DNA of 62,070 bases, filler included, from Nemertoderma westbladi (GCA_032718475.1; 3 parts of 3 records of this genome joined end to end with filler, not necessarily neighbours in it), one strand, 5' to 3'. Positions 1 through 12,452 are shown, counted from the first letter of the whole stretch. A program made the numbers and translations. The notes: generated from the sequence alone by a model not told the origin.

Positions 1-1650
1 TCTATACCCTGCCCATCCCTGACTACTGGCTCGCAGACAGCAGCTCCATCTATACACGCTGCCCATCCCTGACTACTGGCTCGCAGACAAGGACCTCCAT
101 CTATACGCTGCCCATCCCTGACCACTGGCTCGCAGACAAGCAGCTCCATCTATACCCTGCCCATCCCTGACTACTGGCTCGCAGACAGCAGCTCCATCTA
201 TACACGCTGCCCATCCCTGACTACTGGCTCGCAGACAAGGACCTCCATCTATACGCTGCCCATCCCTGACCACTGGCTCGCAGACAAGCAGCTCCATCTA
301 TACCCTGCACATCCCTGACTACTGGCTCGCAGACAGCAGCTCCATCTATATACGCTGCCCATCCCTGACTACTGGCTCGCAGACAAGGACCTCCATCTAT
401 ACGCTGCCCATCCCTGACCACTGGCTCGCAGACAAGCAGCTCCATCTATACCCTGCCCATCCCTGACCACTGGATCGCAGACAAGCAGCTCCATCTATAC
501 CCTACCCATCCCTGACTACTGGCTCGCAGACAGCAGCTCCATCTATATACGCTGCGCATCCCTGACTACTGGCTCGCAGACAAGCAGCTCCATCTATACC
601 CTGCCCATCCCTGACTACTGGCTCGCAGACAGCAGCTCCATCTATATACGCTGCCCATCCCTGACTACTGGCTCGCAGAAAAGGACCTCCATCTATACGC
701 TGCCCATCCCTGACCACTGGCTCGCAACCAAGCAGCTCCATATATACCCTGCCCATCCCTAACTACTGGCTCGCAGACAAGGACCTCCTTCTATACGCTG
801 CCCATGCCTGACCACTGGCTCGTAGACAAGCAGCTCCATCTATACCGTGCCCATCCCTGACTACTGGCTCGCAGACAAGGACCTCCATCTATACGCTGCC
901 CATCCCTGACCACTGGCTCGCAGACAAGCAGCTCCATCTATACCCTGCCCATCCCTGACTACTGGCTCGCAGACAGCAGCTCCATATATACCCTGCCAAT
1001 CCCTGACTACTGGCTCGCTGCACATCCCTGACTACTAGTTCGCAGACAAGCTGCTCCACCTATACCCTGCCCATCCCTGACTACTGGCTCGCAGACAAGG
1101 ACCTCCCTATATACGCTGCCCATCCCTGACTACTGACTCGCAGACAAGCAGCTCCATCTATACCCTGCCCATCCCTGACTACTGGATCGCTGCCCATCCC
1201 TGACTACTGGCTCGCAGACAAGCAACTCCATCTATACCCTGCCCAGCCCAGCCCATCCCTGACTACTGGCTCGCAGCTCCATCTATATATACGCTGCCCA
1301 TCCCTGACCAGTGGCTCGCAGACAAGCAGCTCCATCTATATACGCTGCCCATCCATGACCACTGGCTCGCAGACAAGAAGCTCCATCTATACCCTGCCCA
1401 TCCCTGACTACTGGCTCGCTGCCCATCCCTGACTACTGGCTCGCAGACAAGCAGCTCCATCTATACGCTGCCCATCCCTGACTACTGGCTCGCTGCCCAT
1501 CCCTGATCACTGGCTCGCAGACAAGAAACTCCATCTATATACGCTGCCCTTCCCTGACCACTGGCTCGCTGCCATCCCTGACTACTGGCTCGCAGACAAG
1601 GATCTCCATCTATACGCTGCCCATCCCTGACCCCTGGCTCGCAGACAAGT
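1..1650. repeat. Tandem satellite, about 49-50 bp monomer (GCCCATCCCTGACTACTGGCTCGCAGACAAGCAGCTCCATCTATACCCT), local 148-bp trimer
   Basis: Directly visible array. Near-identical ORFs 73..297 and 221..445 are offset by 148 bp. Monomers become truncated toward 1650, and the array runs off the window start. Confidence 0.95.
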
Positions 1651-2146
1651 TTCTCCTTATCCAGCTCCGCTATACCTTCCCGATTTTCCGAGCTCGATGT
1701 AGGCAGCTGAGGTGCTCAATCGATGAAAATGGCTGGTCTCTCACAATCTACTTTGAGAGAGACTGTATTCCAGCCTGCGACACAGTGAATGAGCACACAG
1801 CCTCAGATTCACGAATCCGAAATCAGAGTCCACCAGGGCGAGCAGGCCATTGCAGCTAATGCAGGCGAGCCACAGCCATTTCGCTAAGGTGAAGTGACCC
1901 ATGAAGCAATCTTTGCCCGAATGAACTACAAAACACATACATCCTACCCCTACATCTCAAAAGCTACACCGAGGTATCCGAACACGAATCCTTGCCCAAA
2001 AATGATTTTTATAGCACGGCCATCAAACTGTCGATGAGCTTTCTCCAGAAATTATGGAGCTGCAGAAAATAAATAATGTGCACAAATACATTTTATATAA
2101 TTGATATACATTCAGTACTGTGTTAGTGTTTTAAGTTCATAATTAA

Positions 2147-2806
2147 TTATTCAGTTAGTATTTGTAGAGAAAGCAATACTCCACCGAATACAATACCAAC
2201 TGTAAATATTTGAGACATACCAATAACAGTCTCTGCCCCACTTTTTGTAGTAGTAGTTTCCACAAGGGCAGCCGTACTTGTGGTTTTCCTGTCTTCGTCA
2301 AACTGCCAAGTAAGGGGCCCGCATTGTTCAGTGCCATTACAGCACTGGACTTGACACGACTTATCAAGGAGGGTGAAGTGGTTTACCAACCAACCCTCGA
2401 TCATCCCGACGTATTTGATGTATATTTCTTGATCATCACGTCTTTTCTCCTGATGAAGAGTAAGCTGATACATACAACCCTTTTCATTCCCGGGCAAACA
2501 TTTATCAAAGCATTCCACTGCTACCCACTCGAATACAACCTCGTCGTGGTTATCTTGAATATATTCCGTCACGTATCTGAGAGTGAACTGGAAACAAACA
2601 CCACACCAATCTAAATCTTTCGTTTTATTGAAAGATGACAATTGACTTGCAAGATCGTATATCTTGTCGACCCATTCGGTTCGAAGGGCCTCGTTCTTTG
2701 AGTAGATGTAGAGTTTCCCCCCTTGTTTACAATCGGCACCCCAACTAATAGTTAGGTGCAACGCTGCCAAAACGATCTTTAGTATAAATATCAGTGAATA
2801 CGCCAT
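2147..2806 (-). CDS. Orphan secreted or cell-surface Cys-rich protein (signal peptide, 10 Cys, Thr/Ser stalk, hydrophobic C-terminus); possibly Ly6/uPAR-like and GPI-anchored
   Basis: 219-aa ATG ORF in AT-rich DNA with hydrophobic N-terminus ending SWG-A, a CQVQCCNGTEQC motif, KTTST...TTTTKSG stalk and terminal hydrophobic stretch. Family assignment is inference. Confidence 0.7.
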   Translation of the reverse strand: MAYSLIFILKIVLAALHLTISWGADCKQGGKLYIYSKNEALRTEWVDKIYDLASQLSSFNKTKDLDWCGVCFQFTLRYVTEYIQDNHDEVVFEWVAVECFDKCLPGNEKGCMYQLTLHQEKRRDDQEIYIKYVGMIEGWLVNHFTLLDKSCQVQCCNGTEQCGPLTWQFDEDRKTTSTAALVETTTTKSGAETVIGMSQIFTVGIVFGGVLLSLQILTE

Positions 2807-2916
2807 AAATTAACTGAATCTTTTATTTTATGAAAGAGGGTTTGATCGTTAAATATGTATATGAATCAAATAATATTTGTTTATATTGGAATAAAGAGGT
2901 ATGTCGTGTTCACAAA

Positions 2917-3034
2917 TTATAACTTTTTGTTGGGCACAGCCTTTGAAAAGTCGGCCATGACGCCCAGATGGGATCGAACTGGTTACCTCAAGGTTAGAAG
3001 TCTGAGGCTATAACCATTCAGCTATGCCGCCTCA
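2917..3034 (-). mobile_element. tRNA-derived SINE, family A (diverged copy)
   Basis: Minus strand has A-box TAGCTGAATGG and B-box GTTCGATCC, then GCTGTGCCCAACAAAAAGTTATAA. Homologous to copies at 31818 and 34244. Confidence 0.8.
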
Positions 3035-3104
3035 GTGTTCATACATCACAGTCCATTCGTTAAGGCTACCAATTAAGTAATCGCAAAATTGATGCAAATT
3101 TCAC

Positions 3105-3400
3105 CAAAAAATTATTCAACACCAAATAAAATAAAGTCAACCCAAATAAAATTATTCAAACACCAAAATAAATTGTTCTACACCAAAAACAATTATTCAA
3201 TACCAAAACCAATTATTTAATACCAAAATAAATAAATGCTCCCCAAAACCAATTATTAGCACCATAATTAATAAATGACAAAACCCCCAAAATTTTAACA
3301 AATTTTCCCAAAACGAATAAATTTTCGCCCATAATAAATACATTTTTCCCCCAAAACAAAGACATTTTCGTTCAAAATAAATACACAATCCCCCAAAATA
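3105..3400. repeat. Degenerate about 21-bp array (CCAAAAACAATTATTC-like), reverse orientation relative to the 4650-7492 satellite
   Basis: Repeated CACCAAAAA(C)AATTATT motifs, which are the reverse complement of GAATAATTGTTTTTGG. Confidence 0.65.
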
Positions 3401-3679
3401 AATACTACTGCAGCAAATAGGCCTAGCACTTCCTGGAAGTTAGACAAAAACTTCAGTACTGCCGTAATACTGAAACCAAATAATAAAAGAATAAGTAATA
3501 GACCATAGGCAATAGGCAATTAATAGGCCTATCGGTATGAATACTGAAACTGAAGTGCTGTAGGCCTAATACTATAGGTACATCGGTACGAAACCTAATA
3601 ACAGAATACGTTTTTCTGAAGGCAATATGCCTATCGGGTACGGATACTGTAAGCCAGGCAACTGACCAAATCGTAGTTA

Positions 3680-4560
3680 ATATTCGCGGGTACTTTGTGC
3701 ACGGGTACTTACCAAGTGGATTAATCGACTCGGCTATTTTTCCTATAGTTAAAGATAGGACGGATGATATCACTTGTAAGGATAATTATAGAGGTGTTGC
3801 CATTTCTTCTGTACTGGGTAAAATTCTAGAACGTATTATTTTAATAAGGTGCATAGACAAGTTAGATACAACAGATAATCAATTTGGATTCAAAGCTAAA
3901 TTGGGAACTGAAACGTGCATATATGCCTTGAAAGAGTAATTAATTATTATCTGAGTAAGAATAGTCCAGTATTTGTATGCATGTTAGATACGAGCAAAGC
4001 ATTTGACAGAATTAATCACTTTGGTCTCTTTCGTAAACTTTTAGATAGGGGGATTCCTGTGTACATAGTTAGGCTTCTTATTTTCTGGTATAGAGAGCAA
4101 TACATGTACGTTAGGTGGGCGGGGCATAAATCTGGTAAATTTTTGGTTAGATGGTTACAAATGGTACGAAACAGGGTGGGGTCCTTTCCCCGATTCTATT
4201 CAATGTATATATGGACGGTTTAAGTAGGGCACTTAATGAGACTGGGGTAGGGTGTCTAATAGGGGGTACAAGGGTGAATCATTTAAGATATGCCGACGAC
4301 TTGTGTCTTTTATCGAATAGTTTATTTGGGTTACAACGATTAATTAACGTAGCTGAACGATTTGCATTTTTTAATTCTATATTATTTAATATGAAGAATA
4401 CAAAAGGGTAATACTTCGTTCCCAGGAGCTCAGGTCATTGTATTTTTGGTGATGTATATCTATATGGTATTAAAATTGATGTAGTTGAAAAATTCAATTA
4501 TTTAGGGCTTATAATTCATAGTTCAGTGCAGATGATGATTTTGACATAAAGAGGCAAACA
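3680..4560 (+). pseudogene. Non-LTR retrotransposon reverse transcriptase fragment (CR1/L2-group-like), frameshifted
   Basis: ORFs 3697, 3915 and 4151 carry NYRGVAISS, NQFGFK, LDTSKAFDRINH, GTKQGGVLSP and YADD motifs in different frames. Confidence 0.9.
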
Positions 4561-4649
4561 ATTTTTTTATGGGCCAACTGGGCCTGAAATAAAGCCAATA
4601 ATAATAATATAAAATATTTGGTGCTGGAATTATTTTTTTGGTTGACAAG

Positions 4650-6298
4650 TAATTATTTTTGGATGAATAATTGTTTTTGGGGAATCAATAATTGTTTTTG
4701 GGGGATGAATAATTGTTTTTAGGGGAGGAATAATTGGTTTTGGGGGATGAATAATTGTTTTTAGGGGAAGAATAATTGTTTTTGGGGGATGAATAATTGT
4801 TTTTGGGGGATGAATAATTGTTTTGGGGGGATGAATAATTGTTTTTGGGGGATGAATAATTGTTTTTGGGGGATGAATAATTGTTTTTTGGGGGAAGAAT
4901 AATTGTTTTTGGGGGAAGAATAATTGTTTTTGGGGAAAGAATAATTGTTTTTGGGGGATTAATAATTGTTTTTTGGGAGAAGAATAATTGTTTTTGGGGG
5001 AAGAATAATTGTTTTTGGGGAAAGAATAATTGTTTTTGGGGGATGAATAATTGTACTGTATTTGGGGAATCAATAATTGTTTTGGTGGACGAATAATTGT
5101 TTTTGGAGGACGGATAATTGTTTTTGGGGGTATAATACTGTAATTGTTTTTGGGGATGAGTAATTGTTTTTGGGGGATGAATAATTGTTTTTGGGGGAAG
5201 AATAATTGTTTTTTGGGGAAAAATAATTGTTTTTGGAGGATGAATAATTGTTTTTGGGGAAAGAATAATTGTTTTTGGGGGATGAATAATTGTTTTTGGG
5301 GGATGAATAATTGTTTTTGGGGGTAGAATAATTGTTTTTGGGGATGAGTAATTGTTTTTGAGGGATGAATAATTGTTTTGGGGGGAAGAATAATTGTTTT
5401 TTGGGGAAAAATAATTGTTTTTGTGGGAAGAAAAATTGTTTTTGGGGGGAAGAAAAATTGTTTTTGGGGATGAATAATTGTTTTTGGGGGATGAATAATT
5501 GTTTTTGTGGAAGAATAATTGTTTTTGGGAGAAGAATAATTGTTTTTGGGGGAAGAATAATTATTTTTGGGGGATGAATAATTGTTTTTGGGGGATGAAT
5601 AATTGTTTTTGGGGAAAGAATAATTGTTTTTGGGGGAAGAATAATTGTTTTTGTGGGACGAATAATTGTTTTTGGGGGTAGAATAATTGTTTTTGGGGAT
5701 GAGTAATTGTTTTTGGGGGAATCAATAATTATTTTGGTGGACGAATAATTGTTTTTGGGGGTAGAATAATTGTTTTTGGGGGGTGAATAATTGTTTTTGG
5801 GGGAATCAATAATTATTTTGGTGGACGAATAATTGTTTTTGAGGGACGAATAATTGTTTTTGGGGGGATGAATAATTGTTTTTGGGGCATGAATAATTGT
5901 TTTGGGGGAATCAATAATTATTTTGGTGGACGAATAATTGTTTTTGAGGGACGAATAATTGTTTTTGGGGGTAGAATAATTGTTTTTGGGGATGAGTAAT
6001 TGTTTTTGGGGGGTGAATAATTGTTTTTGGGGGAAGAATAATTGTTTTTGGGGGAAAAATAATTGTTTTTGTGGGAAGAAAAATTGTTTTTGGGGATGAA
6101 TTATTGTTTTTGGAGGAAGAATAATTGTTTTTGGGGAAGAATAATTGTTTTTGGGAGAAGAATAATTGTTTTTGGGGGAAGAATAATTGTTTTTGGGAGA
6201 ATAATAATTGTTTTGGGGGGATGAATAATTGTTTTTGGGGGATGAATAATTTTTTTTGGGGGAAGAATAATTTTTTTGGGGGGAAGAATAATTGTTTT
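4650..6298. repeat. 21-bp tandem satellite (GAATAATTGTTTTTGGGGGAT/AA), left part
   Basis: Directly visible; gives 7-aa periodic ORFs (KTIIHPP, NNCFWGM). Confidence 0.95.
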
Positions 6299-7272
6299 CA
6301 CAATTTGATTCACAGTTTTACGCCAGAAAGGATCAGAACAATCCAACGGGCTGCTTCGGAACTCACATCAGGCTGGCTTACGGTTGCCCCAATTGCACGC
6401 AACCACTTTGATTTGTCTGCCAACGTATTCAGAGATGGTTTGTCCCTCCGGTATGGACGCTAGTGGGAGCGCCCGCAAGGTGTGACGGATGCGGCGATGC
6501 GTTTTCATTAACACATGCACTCGACTGCAAAAAGGGGGGCTTGGTGACTCTACGCCATAACGAGGTTAGGGACACCCAGGGGGACCTGTTCGGTTTGGCA
6601 TTCCCAGAGTCTTGCATCATGAGGGAGCCAGTGATCCGGGAGGCAAATGAGGAGAATGGTGTGGTGGGTCTGCGGGCTGATCTTTCAGTGAGAGGTTACT
6701 GGCAGCCACAGAGAAGGGCGTTCTTTGATGTCCGGGTCGTTGACCCTGACGCCCCCTCGTATGTGGCTCGCTCCATATCATCCATACTAATTGACGCGGA
6801 GACTCAGAAAAAGTCTAAATATCATGACGCCTGCACCCTTCGCCAAGCAGATTTTACCCCGCTCGTGGTGTTGGTGGATGGTGTTCTCGGCCCAGAGTAC
6901 TCCATGACACTGAAGAGACTGGCTGACAGGCTGTCAACGAAATGGATGAAGCCCTACAGCTGTGTCATGGGTTGGGTTGGGGCACGTCTGTCATTCGGCG
7001 TCCTAAGGGCTACGTGCGCCTGCTTCAGATCGTCTCGCACCAAATGGCGCAGCATTGGGGTTGACGATGGTGCCGGAATTCCTCTAGGAATCTAACTCAA
7101 TCCGACCCCGGACTTAAACGTTTCCCTAATGAACTTACTTCTCGTATATATTTAGATTTATGATTATTATGATGATTATTTTATAAGATTATTATCCTCT
7201 CCTTGTGTATTGGTCTATAATAGAATTGTTAAATAGAACAGTAACTCAGTAAAAAAAAAAAAAAAAAAAAAA
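6299..7272 (+). mobile_element. 5'-truncated RLE-class (CRE-like) non-LTR retrotransposon with poly(A) tail, inserted in the 21-bp satellite
   Basis: GWLTVAP...FRDGLSLRYG, CDGC..HALDC zinc knuckle, RHNEVRD and RADL...FFDVRV...KKSKY PD-(D/E)xK nuclease motifs. One in-frame stop near 6461 and A-tail at 7251-7272. The satellite resumes in register. Confidence 0.85.
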
Positions 7273-7492
7273 AGAATAATTGTTTTTGGGGAATCAATAA
7301 TAATTATTTTGGGGAATCAATAATAATTGTTTTTGGGGGACGAATAATTGTTTTTGGGAGACGAATAATTGTTTTTGGGGGACGAATAATACTGTAGTTT
7401 TTGGGGGATGAATAACTGTTTTTGGGGGAAGAATACTGTAATTGTTTTTGGGGGATGAATAAATGTTTTTGGGGGATGAACAATTGTTTTTG
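7273..7492. repeat. 21-bp tandem satellite, right part
   Basis: Same monomer as 4650-6298. Confidence 0.95.
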
Positions 7493-8706
7493 GTGAGAAC
7501 CCAGTTGCTGAACGTGCTGTCCAGGAATTGGAAGGTGAGCTCCATAAGCTCTTACCAACAGGAGGCCCATATTCTTCTACCATGGTCGCTATTGCAGTAT
7601 CTAATCTAAATTCACGTCTACGCTTTACTGGCCTCTCCTCCAGCGAGATTCTGCTCCAACGGGACCAGTTCACTGGTGAACAGATACCCATTAATGACAT
7701 TGAACTTATTTCCCAACGTCATGGTGATCGTTTAGCCAACCATGGACCCAGTGCCCATTCAAAAGCACAGCGGCCCACAGTTGTTCCACGACCACGCTCT
7801 ATCTCTGTGGGAGACTTAGTTTACTTATACTCAGACCCAATATCTTTACGCGCACGACCCCGCTATATTGTGTCAGCCATTGATGGAGAGTGGTGTAATG
7901 TACGTAAGTTCGTTGGTTCACAATTGCGTGCCCACTCCTATCGTGTACGGAAGGCTGATTGTTTACTTGTACCTATTTACCATACCATTTAATGACTATG
8001 ACATGCCGTCTGCAGAGTCCTCTGATGAGGATGAGATAAATTTAAAGACTCCTGAGTCTCAATTGGCTTGTGGTTCTGGTCCAAAATCGACTACACTGGA
8101 AAAAGGTACTACAATGCTACCGATGAGATTGAGATTTCGTCTACCGACCAACAAGGCCCCAGCAGTGTTGGGTTCCCCCCAGTTACCCCTATCCCTCAAC
8201 GTCCCAAACGGCTTCGACGTAAGCCTGATTATTATGGGTACCCCGCCCAGGAGAGTCACTAACACAAGCTGTCAGTACATCCCGGATTGATGTATTTTCC
8301 CCACCTATACTTAGGGGTAGGAGACTGTACTAAGATCCATGTTTATTTTTGAAATGGTATATCCTATAGGACTGTAGTAACACTATGCAGTAGTTAGACA
8401 CGGGAATAAACTATTTGCAGTATTTGTTCTATACTTAGTCATATGCTTACTCCCGACTTACTTAGCTTGTCGTTATATTATCCAGTCGTGTTTATTTTGT
8501 TTGTGTTTGTGTTATAGTCATATTTTAGGAAATAGATCGCGCCATACCTCACACTACTGTAGTTAGATAGGGATGTTATCATCCGCCCTGGGATATGGTT
8601 GACTGTGCTGGCTTTAGGCTCGACCCGAGCTGACTGGTCAGTGTACGGATGTGCTAGGTACCTAGGCCCCTTACCGGTCACGTTCTGACGTTACCTGCTT
8701 TGTACA
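7493..8706 (+). mobile_element. 3' fragment of an LTR retrotransposon (Gypsy-like integrase C-terminus, PPT, probable 3' LTR)
   Basis: NPVAERAVQELE integrase motif, ISVGDLVY...RYIV SH3-like tail and RPKRLRRKPDYY end. Purine tract AGGGGTAGGAGAC at 8313-8325 is followed by TGTAC...GTACA (8326 to about 8706). Confidence 0.7.
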
Positions 8707-8744
8707 GTACAGTACAGCGTTTCTGTGATCTGTGATCCAAGGTT

Positions 8745-9002
8745 CCACCTTGGTGTAGTGGTTGCATTGAATTCACATCTCCCGTAGGTCGTGGGTTCGA
8801 TCCTCACATGGGCAAGGGCAGTTTTCGTTTCGGCACGAATGCTTTAAAGGGACCAGCCAGGGCGGGCGCATCTCTGCCTTGCATCCTTAAGTGGTAGCTA
8901 AATGAGTACTGGAGTTTCCTCTGGGGAGTAAAGTTCTGGGGGGACCGCACTGGAAATAAGTCGTCAGACTTTGTGCGTAATCCCTGGCCATGTTTTTTTT
9001 TT
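8745..9002 (+). mobile_element. tRNA-derived SINE with conserved central domain
   Basis: TGGTGTAGTGG A-box, GGTTCGATCC B-box and GCCTTGCATCCTT...TAAATGAGTAC core shared with the SINE at 10289; T-rich end. Confidence 0.7.
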
Positions 9003-9158
9003 TACTACTGATCTACCGGTCTGTTGTTGTCAACTGCAACTGCCTCATTATAGTATTCGTATTACAGTCACCTATGTTCCTTCTTCATCCTTGGCGGTAC
9101 AAAAAAATATATTTGGTGCAAAATAATTTATTTTCGTTTTAAATCATCTAATTTGGGG

Positions 9159-9768
9159 CGATAGTACTAGATCGTGACAACAGTCTAAAACAGGCGAAAA
9201 CAGTTGGAGTTTAGGGAAAACAGTCGAAAACAGTTAGATCGTTTAAAAATAATCATCCATGCATCCAGGTGAAAATAGATATTGAAGTTAACTAGGTGTA
9301 ATAATAGATTTAAAATTTAGTAGCTTTGTTAGTGGTGTTGTTTAGTAGTTTTGTTTGTTCTGATAATGGCGAAACCGCTGGAAGCGAAGATACCGGCACT
9401 TCGTACTTCAACATCTTCTTCTATCGTGCCGGTACGGGTGCCGGTACAATAGACTCATTGAATACTCTACTCTGTAGGCTTACTGCCGTACTGGAGTAAT
9501 CCATATCATGCAACAGGTAATCAGTGTTATTGTACATGGGTTATGGGTAGAACGTCATCTTAAGTTAGCGACATTATAAATGCCACTAAATTTTAAATCT
9601 ATTATTACACCTTAGTTAACTTCAATATCTATTTTCACCTGGATGCATGGATGATTATTTTTAAACGATCTAACCGTTTTCGTCTGTTTTCCCTACATTC
9701 CAACTGTTTTCGCTTGTTTTCGCTTGTTTTCACCTGTTTTCGACTGTTGTCACAATATAGTACTATCC
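9159..9768. mobile_element. Mutator-like MITE, about 170-bp TIRs, 9-bp TSD
   Basis: GATAGTACTA...TAGTACTATC long inverted repeats; TSD AATTTGGGG at 9150-9158 and 9769-9777. Confidence 0.9.
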
Positions 9769-10288
9769 AATTTGGGGTGGCATTCAATTAGTTGCGATTC
9801 GTTAATAAAATGAGATAGGCCTACTACTGTATTGTGGAATTAACGATATTCTGTAAATAGCAACTCTTTTAGTATCAGGGTTATCTTTATTATCAGATTT
9901 TATTGAATATCGAGCGATGCAACGATTAAGTTTTAAATAAATGAACACGTTCGTGGGGTCTTCGCGCAGCACGAGGCTCTGCCTCAAATGCATTTATTAT
10001 CATTTTTTAGTTTGAAGACATTTTCCCATGACCTACTATAGATACGACCCGCCAAGCCGCTGCATAGCCCCTAAATTTAGTGGGCCAGTTACTTCTCTTA
10101 GTATGGCTTCTTTCAGATGAGGGAAATAAAGTGAAATTGCAATTGAAAAAATTACTCAAAATAAACCTAGCTTTAAATACAGTACTTTGGTATAACCAAC
10201 CGTATTATTATTTTTCGGTCTGTTGAATACATTATTAACGAACAAAAGTTAGATTAGAAGTCGAAATACCGAATTCTAATAGACATAA

Positions 10289-10522
10289 GGCGGGGTAGCT
10301 CAGTTGGTTGAGCGCCGGGCCTGCAATCTATTGGTTGTAGGTTCAGCCCCGCCAGGGTCCACTCAGCCTTTCATCCACTGGGGTCGATAAAATGAGTACC
10401 AGTTAAATAACTGGGAGCAAATCTTGGGATAGGAGTAGCGCCCACCCCTACCCTCGGGTAGCAGCTATCGAAAGAGGAGCCTTCGGGTCGCCTCCGGCTT
10501 CGGCCGACTGTTTGCTTGCTTT
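10289..10522 (+). mobile_element. Full-length tRNA-derived SINE with 12-bp TSD
   Basis: GGCGGGGTAGCTCAGTTGG head, CTCAGCCTTTCATCC...GGTCGATAAAATGAGTACC core and TTGC tail. TSD TAATAGACATAA at 10277-10288 and 10523-10534. Confidence 0.9.
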
Positions 10523-11751
10523 TAATAGACATAAAATTATTATTAATAATGAATTCAACACATGAATGACGATTTGAATACAAAATTTATATTATTTATA
10601 AAATTTATTTATATTTTTAAACTCGCTATATTTTACTCGTGATATTTTTCATCTTTCGATATTTTTAACATAACCAAAGGCTAACAAATTAAAGATAAGG
10701 TATTAAATTACTAATTTTAATAAATCTCTTTTCAATTTTAATAAATTTAATTTTAGGAGTGATGAGAAATTTCATTAAATTTCATTCCCTTTTGACAAGT
10801 TATTTTCGAAAAAACGTAAATGATATTATTATGTAAAATAGCGGAAGAGTTTGAATTATTCCTTAAATTTTAAACACTTTATCGCAGAAAGACCTCTTTG
10901 ATGAAAAATTTTTTTTTCTGCGCAAAAGAAAAATAAGTTTCATGTTTTTAAGTTTTTAATAAATTTGCAACGTTCCGAGCAATATGCTCTAAAGCTGTGA
11001 TGTGGTGCTTTGAGCGTCACGAGAATATCATCATAGCGCTTATAAGTTAACATAATGTAATTATAATTTTCTAAAATTCTAACTTTAACACAATGAATCT
11101 CAATCATCATGTCCTTAACTACGCTGTACTGTAACATACAGTACATTAAATCAATACTTGTTTTAATCCAATTTTCCTGTTATTACAAATACTGTAGGCC
11201 TATCATAGGAAGACACTGCGTTACAGTGAATTATTACTGTATAAACAGTATCCACAGTTGTTGTAGGATAGCTGGATTGTTGCTTCAAGTTGAATGACCT
11301 ATTCTTGTGAAGCATATTAATATACTCTCCATTACACCCTTAGAACATCTAATCTCCCTTTGGTCATCAATACATGCTGTAATAATTAATTATCCCAACC
11401 TTACAGTACATAGGCAAGTCAATAACCTGGTGTAAACACAGTTAGCACAGCGCGATAATATCCCCGCTTATTATAATTTATTATTTTTTTACTTAATACT
11501 GTAAATTGCCTTTATTTACGAACTAAAGAGGACGATTGAAGAAAGGAATATGAGGTGCGATATAAAATTTCACTTTATACTCTAGAGTGATATAAAATGT
11601 GCTCTTTTTTTTTAACAACATCATGTAAAGTGTTGAATTTAAATTACTGCATCCCCAGATCCCCGCCCCGCATGCCAAGCATACTTACACAAACAAAACA
11701 AAACATACACAAACAAAAAAAATAGTTATTTGCACCACGAGTTCGATATCA

Positions 11752-12452
11752 CTACAACATAAGTTCTTCTTCAATAGGAACGCCAGTCAACCCGTTCACT
11801 AGATTCCTCGCTGCCAACGTCGCCATCTCCGTTCGGGTGCGCATGGTCGCGCTCCCGATATGGGGCAGCACGATGCAGTTATCCAACGCTAGGAGCGGGT
11901 GGTCTGGCCCGAGCGGCTCCGGTGACGTCACATCCAATCCCGCGGCGCCAATAACCCCGTCTCGCAGGGCGTCGCAGAGATCCCATTGGTTAACAACACC
12001 GCCGCGACTAACGTTAACAAACACAGCGGTTCGTTTCATCGCGCTAAAAGTTTCACTATTAAACATCTCCTTAGTGGCTGCGTTCAACGCGCATGTAACA
12101 ACAACAAAATCCGATTCGGCTAGCAGCCGTTGGAGGGAGACGTAGTCAGCGTAGGGGACCCGTTTGTCTGTGGGGCCGCAGTACAATATCCGACGGGGAT
12201 TGAAAGCAGACAGTTTAACGGCTACCGACTGTCCAATACGACCCATTCCCACAACACCAACGGTAGAGTCGTATATACCCGTCCCGCACATCCACATCGG
12301 TTGCCATGGCTCCCAGAGTCCCTGCTTTACGGTGCGACTCGCTTCTATCAGTCTCCGCGTTACGCTCAGTAGGAGAGCCACCGCTAGTTCCGCAGTCGCC
12401 TCAGTTAGAACTCCTGGGGTGTAACCGAGTTTTATTCCTCTCGATCTCAGGG
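11752..12452 (-). CDS. GRHPR: Glyoxylate reductase/hydroxypyruvate reductase, exon 2
   Basis: ALRSRGIKLGYTPGVLTEATAELA, GVVGMGRIG NAD(P)-binding motif, VNVSRGGVVNQ, GLDVTSPEPL and LPHIGSAT. AG acceptor at 12454-12453 keeps the frame. Confidence 0.95.

Larger units (their letters stand above)
3064..9796. mobile_element. Putative old foldback/Mutator-like TIR element, expanded by satellite and nested insertions
   Basis: 9-bp direct repeat ATTCGTTAA at 3055-3063 and 9797-9805 flush with degenerate inverted ends (GGCTACCAATTAAGT vs CGCAACTAATTGAAT). Internal 21-bp arrays are in opposite orientations on the two sides. Confidence 0.5.

Noticed and set aside
1-1650. CRISPR-like array
   Set aside because: Head-to-tail monomers with no unique spacers, no cas genes, eukaryotic context.
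4630-6463. ORFs with NNCFWG or KTIIHPP repeats
   Set aside because: Translations of the 21-bp satellite.
10289-10360. Functional tRNA genes here and at 2960, 8745 and 34244
   Set aside because: Acceptor stems do not pair; they continue into SINE bodies, one with a clear TSD.
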